Assembly: GCA_907165135.1 (NCBI GenBank) | Contig: OU015569.1 | Span: forward strand, 5,518,001 to 5,582,000 | Source of the DNA: Oikopleura dioica | Taxonomy: Eukaryota; Animalia; Chordata | Direction of reading: 5' to 3' | Length of the DNA stretch: 64,000 nucleotides | Position numbers and translations under genes: made by a program | In this document: piece by piece, positions 63,801 through 64,000 of the stretch | Position numbering within the stretch: the first letter of the stretch is position 1 | Layout of the letters: each line of letters starts with the position of its first letter | Notes under the pieces: model-generated | Databases searched by the model: none | Told to the model about the DNA's origin: nothing | Seen by the model: only the letters and a program-made list of their open reading frames with translations

Positions 63801-64000
63801 GAGAATATCGTCCCACTGAAAACGCCCTGTCGTAACTGTCCTTCTGCGTGTGAGCCTGGTTGATCAGCGATCTTGCCAGAAACAAGATGATCAATCCGGT
63901 GAACTAGTGAATGCCCTTTATTGTCTTCTACTTCATAACCTTCCGCAAATACAGAAGAGTCAGCATGAAGCAGCAATGGGAAATGGTAACCCTTCGCAGT
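60876..64000 (-). CDS. ADAM10: ADAM10/Kuzbanian metalloprotease (5' end beyond window)
   Basis: Furin site [17 protein letters not shown], zinc motif [15 protein letters not shown], disintegrin [25 protein letters not shown].., tail [24 protein letters not shown]-stop (compare human SYQMGHMRR). Confidence 0.96.

Overview
This is eukaryotic genomic DNA, not prokaryotic: about 27 gene models in 64 kb, many 35-60 bp introns, several introns whose reading frame is best explained by non-canonical GA or GC donors, and co-oriented genes tens to a few hundred bp apart, most with splice-acceptor-like tracts before the ATG. That combination matches the larvacean tunicate Oikopleura (inference, not verified). 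Genes recognised from hand-spliced translations, left to right: HEXIM-like, MYCBP, Tweety (TTYH), ZC3H15, AGFG1, EMG1, DUSP12, a DUF2237 gene nested antisense in a DUSP12 intron, ALKBH7, an FGFR with two Ig domains, EMC8/9, a possible NDUFB2, ARL8, EEF1AKMT4, tRNA-Leu(AAG), Furry (FRY), a divergent lid-less Hsp70, an RBPMS/couch-potato-like RRM gene, an N-terminally extended histone H2A variant with a histone stem-loop, a CUB-EGF-CCP membrane protein, a Gla-EGF-LamG (Protein S/Gas6-like) protein with about 15 EGF repeats, a troponin C-like gene and ADAM10 (5' end beyond the window). Mobile DNA: two diverged copies of a ~650 bp fold-back MITE; a 487 bp hAT-type element with a perfect 8 bp target-site duplication inside a coding exon, which could be spliced out in frame (best novelty candidate: an intron being created by a transposon); and a 2.55 kb TIR element carrying a ~28-copy 56 bp hairpin satellite, 30 bp upstream of the tRNA. 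All gene models were built by hand; exon boundaries and family names need RNA-seq and homology searches.
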